Below, piece after piece: positions 25,110 through 40,005 of a DNA stretch of 64,000 nt (position 1 is the first letter of the stretch; every line of letters starts with the position of its first letter). Both the position numbers and the translations under genes were made by a program. The notes beneath the pieces were generated by a model, which was not told where the DNA came from, ran no database searches, and was given only the letters and a program-made list of their open reading frames with translations. Source of the DNA: Bugula neritina. Lineage: Eukaryota > Animalia > Bryozoa. The stretch lies in the NCBI GenBank assembly GCA_964035545.1, contig OZ037768.1, positions 6,418,741 through 6,482,740 of the forward strand. The letters run 5' to 3'.

Positions 25110-28100
25110 ATAATTGTGATAAAATTTGTTTGTTTTAAATGATAGAGCTTTCATTTAATCCAATGCGAAAAGGTGTGAAGTTGACTGAAGAAAAAATGTA
25201 AAGTTTCTGCCTCCCTATCAATATAAGTTTGCAAAATGATCCTTAGAAACTTTTAGATTAACTAATGTAGTATTCATAGTTTAGTTTTGGGATTTCTCAT
25301 TGAGTAGAATTGTTCGTGGCTTATAATTTAGGACAGAGTGACTAGTCTTTACTTTATCAAAAAACAGTATATCGACTTATTTTTAGATGAAGTTGTGTTT
25401 GTGGGAAGCTATAGCTATATTTACCCACACATGTCTGCACCATTGCAGTATTCACGTTGGCTTGTAGCATAATATAATTCATAGCTGTGATTTAGGTGTG
25501 TATAGTTTGTGTCCAAGGTCCACTAATTTGCCGTTTATCATTTCTTCCTTATAGTTTGTTATTATGAAATCTGCTTAATAATTATTACTTAAATTTTTTT
25601 TGTAATTTTATAAACTCTTTTTGTTGTAATCATCTGTTTTTTATCAGTTTTTAGGTAAAATTGTAAGCTGAACTATTCAACATTTTAGTTTAAGTTTAAA
25701 TTACAATTAATTTAGAATAATTTGGAGTTATCCTTCTTTTGTGACACTAGCGATAACATTATTATATAGTGGCTGTTCAATTATTTCAGTGCCATACTTA
25801 TCTAGGCCAACATTTGTATGAAGCAATAAAATTTTAATCATTTATGAAGAATATATTTTATACGATCTCCAATTTTGGCCTATGCAATTCACTATGTCAA
25901 TAAAAAATTTTTTTATATATAATTCTGCTTTAGTTATAATTATGTATTGTGAGCACTTGAAAGCTTTGCTTCAAGTTATTGTTATATTTGTATTAGCAAC
26001 AGAAACTAGCACCTCATTAGTATCTTGCTATAAAGTTAGACAAGAAAGCTGTCAATAGTTTGTTTTGCTAAAATAAAAGTTATGTACATTTTACCTAATA
26101 TGTTTCTTGGAACTTTGCCAAATATTCTGCTTAAGTTTTGCTAATGTTATTTTGATTTTATAGTTAATTTGAAAATATTGCCTAAGAGTTGATCTTAAGT
26201 TATTATATTAAAAACCTGTGTAAATAATCATGGACATGTTGAAAACTTCAGTCAGAATGTAGGTATAATTGTTAGACTTTACATTTGATTATATTTAGAT
26301 AGATAAATAGCTGGTAAAACAATGGTATCCATTCATTAGTAATGCATAATACTATGTTTAATAATTTGTGCATTGATAACTTATCTAACATAGGTAGACA
26401 GATATAGGCTAACTTACTAGCAGCTGAAGTTCTGCACAATGTACTTAACAATTTGAGTCAAATGCTGGCAGTTTACTAGGTCTTTTCAGAACACTAGAAA
26501 CAGCCCTATACTTGCCTTTATGAGCAAATAATAATGTATTTATTATGAAACCAACTTAATATATTATTTCTCGCATCACCAACTTTGGAAAATAAAAGAT
26601 ATGTGTTAGGCTAGAGTTACAGTTATAATGCAGGGCTCAATAAGCATCTGTCTATTTTTAGATTAGCTCAGTAGTCTAATATAAAGTTACATATTAATGG
26701 AAAATGAAGTCTATCTACTCTATAATAAGTTAATAGTAATATTTTGCATACCGATTTTATATTTTTAGCCGTGCGAAATTTTGAGTAGCTTATGCTAACA
26801 TTAATTTACATTCCAAACTGATAAATGTAAATTCCACATAGGTTTTAAGCAAGTATGCGCTAGAAAAGCCTCTCTGCAATTATAAAACTACATGAATCTA
26901 AAATTTAAATTCAAGTTCTAAATTAGATCTCCTCTCTAATCTAACATACTAATATGATCAAACTTGCAGATACCCCTCACAGAAACATGTGTCCTCCTGG
27001 TTTAGGGGACACATGTTTCTTTTAGTTTCCATTTCAGACCTCTTAGGAACTATCAGTGGTGTCAGGAAAGTATTTTGTCAAAATGAAAATAGCTTTTCGT
27101 GTACTGAATAAGAATGCATTCCCAAATCAGGTTACCATTATTATTTGTGATCATTGCAAAGGCTAGAGTTGCTGTCAAGTGTCATCTTGTCACTCAATAA
27201 AATCTCAAAAGTATCTAGTTATTCTTGCAATGAAGTTAGAAACTGAAATAAATGTTATATAAGATTCATGTGTGCAGACACACAGAAGGTAACTTTGTAT
27301 AAAAGCACTCTGCCCTATTTACTCTGTATCTCTACAATCTATTCAGATTTCAGATAAAATATAATTACTATTTAGGCATTTACTGACCTGCAGAGCTTTG
27401 TTTACAAAATATGTGTGTTTACCAAATCGAGCCAGACTGTAACACATACACTACCACCTCTTATTCACAATGTGGTTTGTTTGGTTAACTTTTACTTGTT
27501 TCTATTAATATGCTCATAAGGCATTGGAGTATGAATATGAATCATTATAAAAATGTCTAAAAATTTTAAAGCTGATGCTTTGCATTCTGGTTACACAGTT
27601 GGTTTTTGTGGCAGAGCCTACTTAATAGAAAAATTGTCAAATATGAAACTGGTACACAATAGAGAGAAGTGTCTCGAGTTACCTGCAGCTTTTCTATGAA
27701 AGCGTTTCCCTTACCATTGACTTTATATTCCCTATACAGAATATCCAGTATAAAAGCAATATGAATCCTTGAAGCCAAAGGACCTTAGCCAAGTGTAAAT
27801 GCCTACATTGATTGCTAATATATAATAATATAATATAAACCTCCCTATTCAATAGTTTTAACCAACTAATATTTTAAATATTATATATTAATTAATATAC
27901 TATATTGTAATATAACTACTCCACTATAATATTGTAATAGTAAAAATAAAAATCCTACTGTACAAGATGGTCATTACACTTGGCTATATATAGCTATTAC
28001 TGTAATATATTTGTATGTTATTCCATTGGTTAATCTAGCTGTTAAGTTTAACATACTCCCATAAACAATAGAATTTATTCAATTACTGTATGCTTTTAAA

Positions 28101-28407
28101 AGCTATGTTTCGATATAATAAAATTTGTCCATAATGATACTTTCACTGCATTATACATAATATAATATTGACTTTATGAGCTTACTATAAAAAAAATGTC
28201 CTTCTGTTTTAGCAGCAATGTTTAAATTATTTTTATGTTTTTAAAAGTATCAAAAGCAATTGCAACATTTTGCAGTATGGATTTTGGTAAAATCAATATT
28301 GTTCGCTAGACCATGAGTTAATTTGGGCTTAGTACAGTGCTTTTGAAGTACCAGAAAAAAACATAGGGGCAAACTTGTGAAATTGGAAAGAAGCAAACAT
28401 TTCATTC

Positions 28408-28432
28408 CAACACCCGGTATTCCTAAGTAGGT
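28408..28432 (-). pseudogene. Short 5S rRNA-like 3'-end fragment
   Basis: Minus strand GGAATACCGGGTGTTG (28423-28408) matches the conserved 3' end of metazoan 5S rRNA; the rest of 5S is absent. Confidence 0.45.
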
Positions 28433-31400
28433 TGCAGCTGTATGACATTTCTGATGAAAAACTGAAGGGTTAAGATGCTGGGGCTCAAGTTATTCGGTGC
28501 TATAAGATTCTGACGCCATTAACAATAACTCTGTGTTTTGTGAGGTGATGCCAGCGTTTGATATTACCTTCTTACAACTGGTGAGGTGTGAAGTGCGTGG
28601 CTATATCTCATATTATTATGAATAACTTGGGTACACATAACATTTCTCAGCATACTATCTAGTCTTGAAATACTGCAAGATGTAACCGGAGCATTTTACA
28701 TGTTACAAATATGGCCATAGGACATTCATAATGTGAACTTTATACACGGGCAACTATAGTGTGAGTCTTATTCATAAATCTCATGTAGCAGTTGCTTTAT
28801 TCAAGCTTTGACAGTTCTTACAACTTGGCTATAAATCTGAGAATTCACAGATTTTGCTCGATTTGTAAAGCATGTCATTTAAACAAGAGTTTGATATAGG
28901 CAGCTGACATCTTGCCTAGATCGCAATTATCACCTCGTTACTGTCTACAAGTATTAAATGTTCTAAATAAAGCAGACTTGTCTAGTTGCTACACTCCCTT
29001 GCCATATGCTTAAAGTCAACACTTTGTTGTATGCAGTGACAGCTATATCTGAAAAATCTTCCAGCATAGCAGCTTGATTTCAAATATTGCAACAATAAAA
29101 GCGTACATACTCAATTGCTTGGTTTAAGTGTGAACTTTTTTTAATTTCATATAGTGTCTCGTTTATAGTTTGGAGGTGAAATCATACTGCATAAGCACAA
29201 TTACATGGTAGTCTAATAGCAGAAGTGGCATCAATGTTGGGTTTTGCACTTTCAGTGAAGGGATTTTTGCAAATCTTAAATAATTTTAGTATTGATGCTA
29301 GATTTCATGGGAAATGATTCGCCAGACAATAACTCTGCATTCACGTTTTTAACATTTACTCAGCAAATGCCAAATAAGAGATATAAAAAGCGATTCGTAT
29401 TCCCCACTTTGAAATTAGGAGAAATTCCGAAGGAAAACCCCCAATTATAGCCATAATTACTCCAGCATATGATTATTATTACCCTTTATATAAAAATGAC
29501 TCGTAGCAAGTAAAATGACAGAAAGATAGATTATAGCCCAATTACTAATGCCTCATTACTCATGGTCAAGATGGCAGACGAGCTTTCATCTGTGAAAATC
29601 CTGTTCATGAACTTTACAGCAACAATAGCAGGCACACCTTGGGTGTATAGTATCTATGATGTGGGACAGATATTTACTGATTTAATCCTTCTATCATTAT
29701 ATATGTTTAATAAACAAGATGTCTTCTATTTTAAAGTTAAAACAACCGAAAGACAAGATGGGGGAATGCTGTTACATCATGCTATTGTAATCTACGGCAC
29801 AAAGGTACCTACACAGCAAGAAGATTCACCCATCAAGTTAAGTTCATAAAGATTATGTTTCAAGGGAAAGCACTGATAGGCTGAATACTGGCATTTCAAC
29901 TTCTGTAAGTCAGTGTAACTTACATAACTCAAATCTCCCCTTAGAGGTCGAACTACAATCGATACCTTTAAGACAACTGTTTGATTCAAGTTACCCAACA
30001 TATTGCACTTTGTGACCTACAGCCCTTGAAGTAGAGCTGCAGTCGGTGTAGATTCCTTGCTTGCTCAACTACAAAATCAAACATGATTCCTGTAATATTA
30101 TTCACCCTTTATTTATCATTTGTCAGTTTACTCCTTCTATTTTGTATTCATTTGTTAAACATTTGTTTTATTTTTTAATTTTTTGAAAATTATAATTTCG
30201 AAAAATTTCAGATTTTAATAAATACTGATGTTATAGCAAATCACTGGCAGCACAGTCTTTTGTTTTCTTGCACACAGGAAAGATACCAAGTATCTAAATA
30301 AATTCCATTCCTTCTACTAAATCTCCATGCTGTTAAAAGAGCAATACACTAGAAAGAAAAGGTTGCATGATAGTTTTAGAACCTGTTGCATGCAACTCTT
30401 TGTTTATATTGACAAATGGTGTGTCTTATTTCTTTTTCATGATGTGGGGATGTTGTGGCAGATAGACAAAGGCCTAGTGGTATCTCTCACTGCTCTACGT
30501 TGGTGTGGCTTGCCAATCTTGTACTTTTGGGTGCCTCCGTGTCTGAAGAAACTATTGTAGTTGTTATAGAGTTAATTGTGGGTTTAAAACAGGCCCAAAT
30601 ATTTGCAGTCCACAATTTATTCTGAACATACATATATTCAATAATTTGAAAATTATGAAAAAGAAAACTTATATTTTAGAGCAAAGAGTTCATAGTAATT
30701 ATTATACTATTCCTAATAATGGGGTTTTTGAATTTAAAATATTTGTTTATCAAGTTGTACAAAATAGTATGATAATATGAAAAATAATTATATTACATTA
30801 TAGTAAAGATATATTTACTATAAGACTATATATAAGTTATCAAAAGTATATAGTTTAATTGTTTACGACTGCAGCAAAAAATCATAACACGAAACATGTC
30901 TTAAAGAATAGGCTATAGACTACACAACTCACGGATGTATTCATAAGTCAAGTAAAGAAATATGTAGTGGTAAGTCACTCATAGAATCTCACTAGAATGA
31001 TTGTCTCAGTGACTAGGTTGAGACGGCTTCAAGTACCTCTTAGCTCCTCTTGGGACATTCTCTAATGTCAATGAGTCACATATTGAAGACATGCTCCTAG
31101 GCCTACGATTTGGGAAACACTTCTGCACTATGATTGTCGTGATTCATCTGAGAATGCTGTCACACACCGCTGTCACAAAATATAATTTACACAATAGAAG
31201 AGACACAACAAAACTTAATAAGTAAATGTTGGTTTATGATACCTTGGGTAGATTCACTTTGTGAAAAGGCTACGGCTATAGGTAGAGCAATAATAAAATA
31301 AAAATTTTAAATAATCAAATTAATTTCCAAGTGTAACTTTTATTGAGGCTGATGAGCAGACATTTAAAACCTTAACCGTTAATGAATAGCTATGATTGTA

Positions 31401-32341
31401 AATGTCACATCTCATGCCTGTTTCAACACCATAATATTTACATAGTTGTTGTGCCCCTTAGATGTGTCTTTTCCATTGTCTTTGAATGCTAATAAGAAGA
31501 ATCATTGAGAAACTGATCCGTTTTGTATCAGATTTTAGGTAATGCTTTGATATGACAGACACTAACTGGAGTGTGATGCTGTATACCTGATGATCTATTG
31601 TTTGTAACACCTTCTGTCCTTTATTCATGTTATGGTTCAATCAGAATATTTCATTATTAATGCCATAGTTTTTAAACACTGGCACACTGTGATGGTGTTT
31701 TATAACTACTAACTAAGCTGCAGTAGAAAAATTATTATAATTTTAATAGCATATCAAAAACATTTTTCAGAATCTTATCTTTTTATTCTCGTCGTATAGA
31801 AATTCATTTGTTTTATATTGGCTGTCACAACGATTCTTGGGAAACTAAGCTGTACATTTAATTTTAGCATAAGTTTTCACAAGTTTTATAATTGGTAAAA
31901 TAGTTACTTAACTTACTTTATATAAACAAAATATCAAAATTATAAAGCATCTAATAAACTTTATTCAAAGGAAACTTGTGGGGGTTGAACTACCAAAACT
32001 GTATTAAATAAAATGTTACAATGCCTAGATTTAATTCATTTTTTTCTGAAAATGACAAGAAAATGTTCCTTTAAGCTTGCCTTAGATTAAAAAGTATGAA
32101 TCATGAGCAACCAACCAAAATAATATACAGGCTTACAAATAAGGCAAGAATTAGCTTGACTGTTGCAAGAAAAATACTCAGTGAAAACATTTTAATATTT
32201 AATAGCAGCAGAAATTAGGTTTGAAGGCATTGAGATATAATATAGACAGCGGCAGAAAATAAATTAAATTATATACGTAATATTTACAATTTTATAATAC
32301 ATGAATATGCAGTAAGTTAAACCCAATGCATTATTCAAATG

Positions 32342-35300
32342 TCAATTAATATGGTGATACATGTTCCAAGGTGGGTAACCGGGTTGCTGCATGGGATGTT
32401 GTCCAGTACTATAATAACTCTGAGAGGGATTGTACATGTTCTGTGACTCATGCATGTAGCCAGTCATGGGTGGTTGGACTGGTACTATTGGCTGGATAAG
32501 GTCTTGTGGTGGTGTGAGAGCTTCAATGGAGGGCTGATGGACGTGAGGTGGCATCATCGGAGGTGATTGTTTGTGAACTCTGTCGTACTTTACAGCTTCA
32601 GGACTTTGCTGCTGCTGCTGTGGCAAAGAAGTTTTTTGCAGGCTTTTATCATCATCTTGTCTGTTGAAATCGGAGTTGCTGGGCGATTGCAAGACATTTT
32701 CTTCATCGCCTGATCCCACTCCTTCACCTTCTGCTGCACTTTCGCCATTACTTGTTGTGGATTGTTTTGATACTTTCTTTTCTTTTGACCTTCTATTTTG
32801 AAACCAAATTTTAACCTAAAATTATTAGAAAAATAAATTGTTAAAAAGAGGCAACATTTTTCAATTCAAAGCATAAAAAAATGGCCACTTAATAAAAGGA
32901 AATATTTAAGCATGTATAGTTTGTCACTTCATGGCCACCAGCTATATCATTCAATACTGGCAGCTACCTCAGTCTTCGCTAGGTGTTGATAATATGGCTT
33001 GTGATGCCACTAAACCACACAAAAACATATTGATTATTTATAGCAGCAACAAAATTATAAAATAGGATTAGAATAATCTGGCATGTACACCTGCATAGAG
33101 TTGAGCAAGACACCTTACATTTGAAAGAAATTTTGAGATTAAGCAATTTCAGTATACATTTTCTGTCATTTTTATTGAGCATAGATTTCAGAGAAAAGCA
33201 GCTGCTAATGGCACTATTATAATGGTTGAATAACCATAAGGAATACCATATCTCTAGCATCGGCTGGTGTTACAGGCTTGAATTCATATTTAAACCTGTT
33301 GCCAAGCAATCAGTTCGCATTCAGGCAGGATGAATGGTTGATGTTGCCCACCATATAATCAGTGCCAGTTAATTCAACTCCAACATATAATTATGTGCCA
33401 CAGGCATACATAGCAATTTACTCTATGAGAAGTTGCATACTCTGTAATTATATGTCTCCTAGCTACTTGACAGTAGTCACTGCCTTGTGTGATTCTTACA
33501 GAAGCAGTAAACTTGACATGAAATAGACCTACTGCTGCGCTACACAATAAGACAACTGGCTTTCATGCAGCTGGATTTTAAAGAATCCTGGCAAACATTT
33601 CCCTTACATTTATAGGCGAAATAACATGTTGTTATGATTTATTTTGCTGCATGTACTATCTATTGTCAGTTGTGTGTTCCAATCATTATAAATACACGTA
33701 TACTAAAAAGATATATAAATATAATTTTTAATGGTGATTAGATTTTTTCAATCAGCTTATAGTGCGTTCTTGTCACAAGTTATAAAACTTCTCGTATGCT
33801 ATTTAATGATTCCATGTTTTTATTATACATAATTGGATATTATGTTTAACATTTTCCCATTAACTTCAAGAAACTGCTACAAATTGACTCACAGTCTAAA
33901 TTTAGAAAACCTAACTGAATAAAATTATCATGAAACTACCGTTCAAATCAAATTATTGAATGCAAATTTTGACCAAAAGCATAAGGATTTGAGCTATAAG
34001 CAAATGCTAAAAGGTCTTAAAACTTGGTAAATATGTGTTTACGGCATTTAGCAAATTGCACCTATTTATGGATTTATTTTAACTTTGATATTTGAATTAC
34101 TAGTTGGTGGTTACTAAAAAAACCTTTAAACTTGAATTTAAAACTTTGTAAAACCTACGGGCTAAAGTTTATAAAGTAATGCGTAAAATATGGAAATATT
34201 ATATATAATACCCCATTAACAGAATTAAGATTCCTATGGGTAATTATGTGAATAAAAAGGTAAAAGTAGGCCTAACTAACCCCTGGGTTCAACGAAGCTA
34301 ATGAAACTAACAACTATTTTATTGGAAACAAAAGTACTTGATTCAAGCAGTAAATATTTTATGTATAAAAAATATTTCTAGTATTCAGAATATTTGTGTG
34401 GAAAGCAAATAAACTACAGCTAAATTATCGTATGACATGCTTGAATTTCTAGACCTAATAATTCAGATATCCTGAGAAAATATACACCCCAGTTTTTACA
34501 ATGTAAGAACTGCCACTGTTCTAGATAGAGAGATGGAAGCTAAGAGCATTTCTAACACTGAAACTATTTGAGATTTAGCGCTTGTCATTTGTTTAGCAAG
34601 CTGGATATTTTTTTACACATCTGAATTATATTTCCGACTGTATACAAATTAAGAATGGTTGGTGCTCATTTCAAAGCTCCGCCATTTTGAAAGTCCATCA
34701 AAAATAAATAATTATACCTGAGTTTGAGTGAGACCTAAGGTTGCAGCCAACTCAGCTCTCTCTGGCAAGGCTAGATAATTTGTCACCATAAATTTTCGGT
34801 TCAACTGATCCAATTGCATACTGGAGTATATCGTTCTAGGTTTTCTAGATTTTTTCCCATTAGCAGTGCCATTTCGACCTGTAATGGTCCCTTCTACACT
34901 TTTACCTATGAAGTAAAAGTGTTACACATCATCACATGACTAAAAAAATACAACCTTATAATGCAGGTAAAATATTCATACAATACTTAAAGACAAATGC
35001 TACATTTAACTATTAATAAATATATGGTTGAATCATTTTGAATTAAAGACTATACAAATTAAATAAGCACTTTGTCATAATATATGGAAATAATAAAGAA
35101 TAATAAATACTTTCAACAGAGTAAACTTTCAAAATTGCTTGTATAGAACTGAATATATTTACAAGCACTCAAAACAAACTAGAATTTTCTAACAGCTACC
35201 TGTACCTGTAAATTAGAGCTTCCATTAAGGCCATAAAGATACCTATTACCATTAAATTACTACAAGTTGAAATAATTATTATAATTACAGCCTTAATATT

Positions 35301-35680
35301 TGTGAAATAATTTATTCACTGAAAGCTTTCGTTAAAACTAACCCTTTAATTTTTGATAGCCCATTAAATTTAATTATATTGGTAAATATTTATCTTTGTC
35401 TCCGCATAGCTATTGCTTACAATTAGATACAAAGACTGTACTTACCAAGCTCTCTGGAGATTGATGAAGGACTGCTGGTATGATATCCCATGCTAGCCAG
35501 GCCCTGATTACTGTACGGAGATGAAAAATATGGTAGACCTCTTTGGCCATTGTAAAAGTCGGCCATGTGGCTGTAGGAATTTCTCATGGGGGTCTCTGCG
35601 TATGACATGTTACCGTTGAGTCCAGCAACAGTTAGGCTTGGATGTAGAGCGTATGAGTCTGCCTCGTTGTTGATAGGCAT
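32342..35680 (-). CDS. Dlx: Distal-less / Dlx homeodomain transcription factor, 3 exons
   Basis: Exons 35680(or 35743)-35446, 34905-34718, 32815-32342; homeodomain [43 protein letters not shown]|[14 protein letters not shown] with the typical Q|VKIWF intron. Confidence 0.95.
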
Positions 35681-35694
35681 TGCTAAGAGTTGTG

Positions 35695-35765
35695 GTATTG
35701 AACTGTAGCGAGGCTGGCTTATATAGCTTTTCATTTTAGGCATATTCTAGCATCTGATTGGCTAT
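35695..35765 (-). promoter_or_regulatory. Dlx core promoter (CCAAT plus TATA)
   Basis: AGCCAATCAG at 35763-35754 and TATATAA at 35725-35719 upstream of the ATG at 35680; argues against the longer ORF start at 35743. Confidence 0.65.
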
Positions 35766-38700
35766 ATGGGTTTAGGCCTTTTGGTACAGGTGGGAGATTA
35801 CGCACTAACTGCCTCTTCTCTCAATAATTCTATCTGTTAACAACTTAAACTGTTTCACTAACTATCAACATTTTATAACAAGTAATAAATAACATAATTA
35901 TAATTGTCCAAATATAACTTTTTCCCCCTCACAATTTGCAAACATTTTGCTATGCCTCTATTTCTAGTTATATTTTGATTTGATTTAAGAATCAAATAAA
36001 ATTTTATTCTGAAAATTACTTACACTCCACATTTGTTTCAAAGCAAATCTTTTTTTATAGAGTTACAAAATAATATAGTTTTATTACACTTAAATATATT
36101 GTTTACTTACGCTGATTCCACTTTAATGCATGCCCAAAGTGTTATAACTGCATAGTTCTCTCATTCCAACTGTTTCTCTTTACAACCCAGTGAACTTTGC
36201 AGCTATTTGAAGCTATTTAGCTGAGACATCTTTGATGGCCTTAAAGCATTCATTCTTTAAAATGCTATAACTTGGGAATTTTTTAGTATTAAAACAATCA
36301 TCTATATGGTTATTAAAAAGTTGTTAACTTTGAGTAAGAGTGATCAGTTTTGTACATTATAAGAGGGTTTCTTCTTATTACTGAGATTGTCAGTTGGATA
36401 TAAGAATTGAAAAACTTAAATGATAAAAATGCTAAAAAGATGGCTAAAAGTAACAAATGTAATAAGTCGAAACTGGCTAACAAGCTTTTCTAGTGCAAAT
36501 CTTGCTATTTGTAGAATTTTTGAACAAGACTTATATTTAGTTTATATTGCTATATAGCCGTTGAAAAATAAGTTCCAGCAGTAGTTTCCTTGAGAGCTTA
36601 CACCAAGTAGCTATAAATATTAGGCTTACGAAAAAGTAGACCATATACATGGCTTGGGGACATGGCGTCAGTATCAACAGCTCATAACACTTAGAAAATA
36701 TTTTCAATAACTGATTAACCATTACTTTGCCTTACACATTCATGTGTTGTGGGAAATGTTCTTTCACTGCAAAACACAATCACTTCTTTAGCTCTGTTCT
36801 ATTGACCTTTAAGAGGCTATTCTCATATTATGAAGAGCTAGGTTTTTGAGGTGAGCTAGTCGCATAGAGGCATGTTCACGTCGGCGCCTACTTTGTATAT
36901 TGGCCATATGAAGGTGATAGTAGTCCAGTATACAGTAGCTGTAAAAGATATATAAACATACATGAATGTTCAACTTGATACAAGTGTTTTATACAGTCAG
37001 GCGCCTTCATTGTCAAAGTGACCAGAATGTATATAGGTACTTGAAATAATGCTTAAAAAACTGCTAGATGGTACTCATAATTCTTTATTAATAATATGAA
37101 GCATTGAGATTTCCACAAATCTTTATCCAATATGAATGCATCTTCAATACAAATACAGGGTTTTGTTGAATAAGTTATAACAAATAGTCCAGTGAGTTAA
37201 GAATGTCCTGCTTATGGTATGTTGCTGTTTATGATTAAAACAGTTTATATTCTCGACTACATAGCTCATTATGCTAAAAATGTAACAACTGGTGATAGTC
37301 ACACTAACAATTATCTTATATTATACTCCATGCGCAGTTATGCCTAACTTATCATTATCACTAATACAAGGTTGTCTGTTAACTTTGCTTTGAAAAATGA
37401 GCCTTTTAATATTGTGTAAGCTCAAATATAGTTAACTTATAACACATAAACGTAGATGTTTAACAACAATGAGTAAACAATAGCCATACCATTTTCAATT
37501 TTGAAATAATTGAATAATGTAAGCGTAAATATTATAGTTATTAGATTAAATTTTATTAATTTACAAAAGTTAGTTTTATATTCACTGTTTTAGCTGAAAA
37601 TATACAAACTAAATAACTCATGGTTTCGTTTAGCTGTGTTCTCATTGACACTTATAGAATCACCTACAATTAGAATACGAAGCAAATCTTCCCTTGAAGG
37701 GTCAAGGAAATCTTCAGTGGATCTAGAGACCAGTTTTACCCTGGCACAACGTAAATTACTAGTTTCAATTTCTAAGCCCTATTGAGCCCTTGGAATTCTT
37801 TTGTGCTGTAACTTAAGAGATTAGATGGTAACTCAAACAATAGAAATATAGATAATGATAGCCTTCAAAGAACTCAAATATTTACTAGTCATTGATTCCA
37901 GTTTCTAAACAAGTCTAAACTCAACGTAACAGAAATCTTGGAAAAAATAGAGAACTGCCACTTGCCCACAATTCATCAACAACATAATTATTGTGCCATG
38001 CTCAAGTAAATGTCATATAAAAATAATTCTTTCCAATATAATTATATATCTCCTAATCATTAGCATAAGGAGCTATGGACATGGTGTATCTTTTCTATTG
38101 GTCGTATTCTTGGGGAATGCCTTTTATTCAGAGTAATTAGCTTAATGATAGAATCCTACTTGTATTTACAGGCATCTGTTTATGGATAGGGAGAAAGTTT
38201 TGTCAATGAACTTGGTGAAGATGTAAAAACAGGTGGTATTAAACCAGTAGGGCCAGACAGGTGTTTTCGTCTGTAGATACTATTTGATAAGCTAAAATAT
38301 TTTGTAAAATAGTTGCTTAGATATTTTCTCTTAAAAAATGACCTTCAAACAACTAAGCTAGTTTGGCGTTTATTAGATTTTATAAATGGATCAAAATGTA
38401 TCAATTTAGTGAAAAGTACAAAAAAGAGAAATTCAATAACACCCCTATTTATAACTTAGGTGGAATTATCTGTTCTATAAACTCTGTATTTGATTTTTAC
38501 ATAAAATGTAAATTGGGGAAACTTTTATTCTACTATAGCTAGTTTTCTTCAATATAATAAAGTCTGGCTTATTTTTCTTATCGGTTATAACTTTAATAAG
38601 CAACATATTGAACTTATATATGCAGTTTGTATTAAAGTGGAAGATGGTGGTAGTAACATAGCAAGTTTAGGTGCATTATAGCATATGTCTCATAACAATA

Positions 38701-38816
38701 GACACCTACTCAACTAGTGCAGCTACACTGATATTAACTACAAAGTAATAAGATAATATCTTTAAGGATATATTTAGGTATAATATACAATATAATATTT
38801 GAATTTCAAAATATCC

Positions 38817-40005
38817 TCAGAAAATCGATGACTTTCTTCTGTCGTCTATATTTGCATTTGTTGAAGGTTTGACCATTTGCCTGACGTACTGTGCGTACTG
38901 GTTATCATGTATATACTTTCTTGTTACTGGACATCGTACATCAATCCACATGTTCTGTTGTGTCAAGTGCTGCAGTGCCTCCCTAGCTAAAGCACAGCTA
39001 ACCCCTCTCCCTCTCATATTCTCTGGAACATGCATTCCATCCACTCTTACTAGTCCTGGTTTAATCTTTCTATACCTGCAAAGATACAAGCATTTCAACA
39101 CCAAACTTGATATTTATATACTATTTTCCCACAAATTTAGTATTTTGAAGAAAATTTATCAAGTACAATTTTTCTGTTACCATGGGAAATATTTCAAATT
39201 TACTTTAATCCAAATATTTAATATAATATGTTGCACAATTTCATAAGATACAGCTAAGAATTCGGAGCAAAGTATGTTGACCTTCAAGTCTATGCTGTAA
39301 ATATGATATACCTAGCTCTGAATTAGAGACGTAATATGAAGTTAGTCTTTGCTTTACTAGGCCCAGTTTGAACTACTAACATAATATTACTCTTATTAGT
39401 TATGTTTATCAGTTTTCCACTCCCACTGAAAAGTTGAAAAGACTAGAAAATAAAAAAGCCAGTTTGATCCTATAAATTCATAGAAAAATGTTGCTCGGAT
39501 CAGTATCCGTAGCCATTTAGTGGCTTTCAGTGAAGCAAAGCAAATGTGGCCCAGTCGAAACTCTTTTAACTCCAGCACTTGTTCACTGTAAGCCAACTAT
39601 AAATTTACTTGCATTAGCAAAGCTAACTCTAATAAATGTATTTATAAAAAGAAAAAATATTATTTTATACATATTATTTATATATGCTCTGCATACAATT
39701 ACTATTGACTCTAACGTAAGCTTCAGAAATGTAACTGCAGCATGAGAAACATAATTTAATAACATAACATAACATAACATAACATAACATAATATTGTAG
39801 ATGACACCTACTTCATCAATGCCACTCGGTGTGAATAATTCGCCATGTTGTTGTTTTCTGGACATTCTCTGACATAGAACAGGTTCATGCTGTCACAGTG
39901 GCCTACCATCAAGTATGGTTTGCTGGGTGGGTTTTGGTTGGTAATAGAAGGTAGGCTAAAGTGTCTAGGAGCTCCATAATGAGCTGGAAGTAGTCCTGAT
40001 GGCAT
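38817..40005 (-). CDS. NATD1-like GNAT-fold protein (Acetyltransf_CG/YjdJ-like)
   Basis: Exons 40005-39812 and 39075-38817 join in phase 2 to give ...HRVALMK|YRKIKPGLVRVDGMHVPENMRGRGVSCALAREAL...CPVTRKYI, with the RGRG acetyl-CoA loop and the conserved C. Confidence 0.8.
39762..39793. repeat. (CATAA)n pentanucleotide microsatellite
   Basis: About 6 perfect AACAT units in the NATD1-like intron. Confidence 0.9.

Noticed and set aside
25200-32300. Short ORFs in the region between SDS and Dlx
   Set aside because: No homology motifs or coherent splice chain; probably 3' UTR and regulatory flank.
39396-39596. Extra exon in the NATD1-like gene
   Set aside because: No suitable phase-2 donor; direct 39812-39075 splicing already restores the domain.
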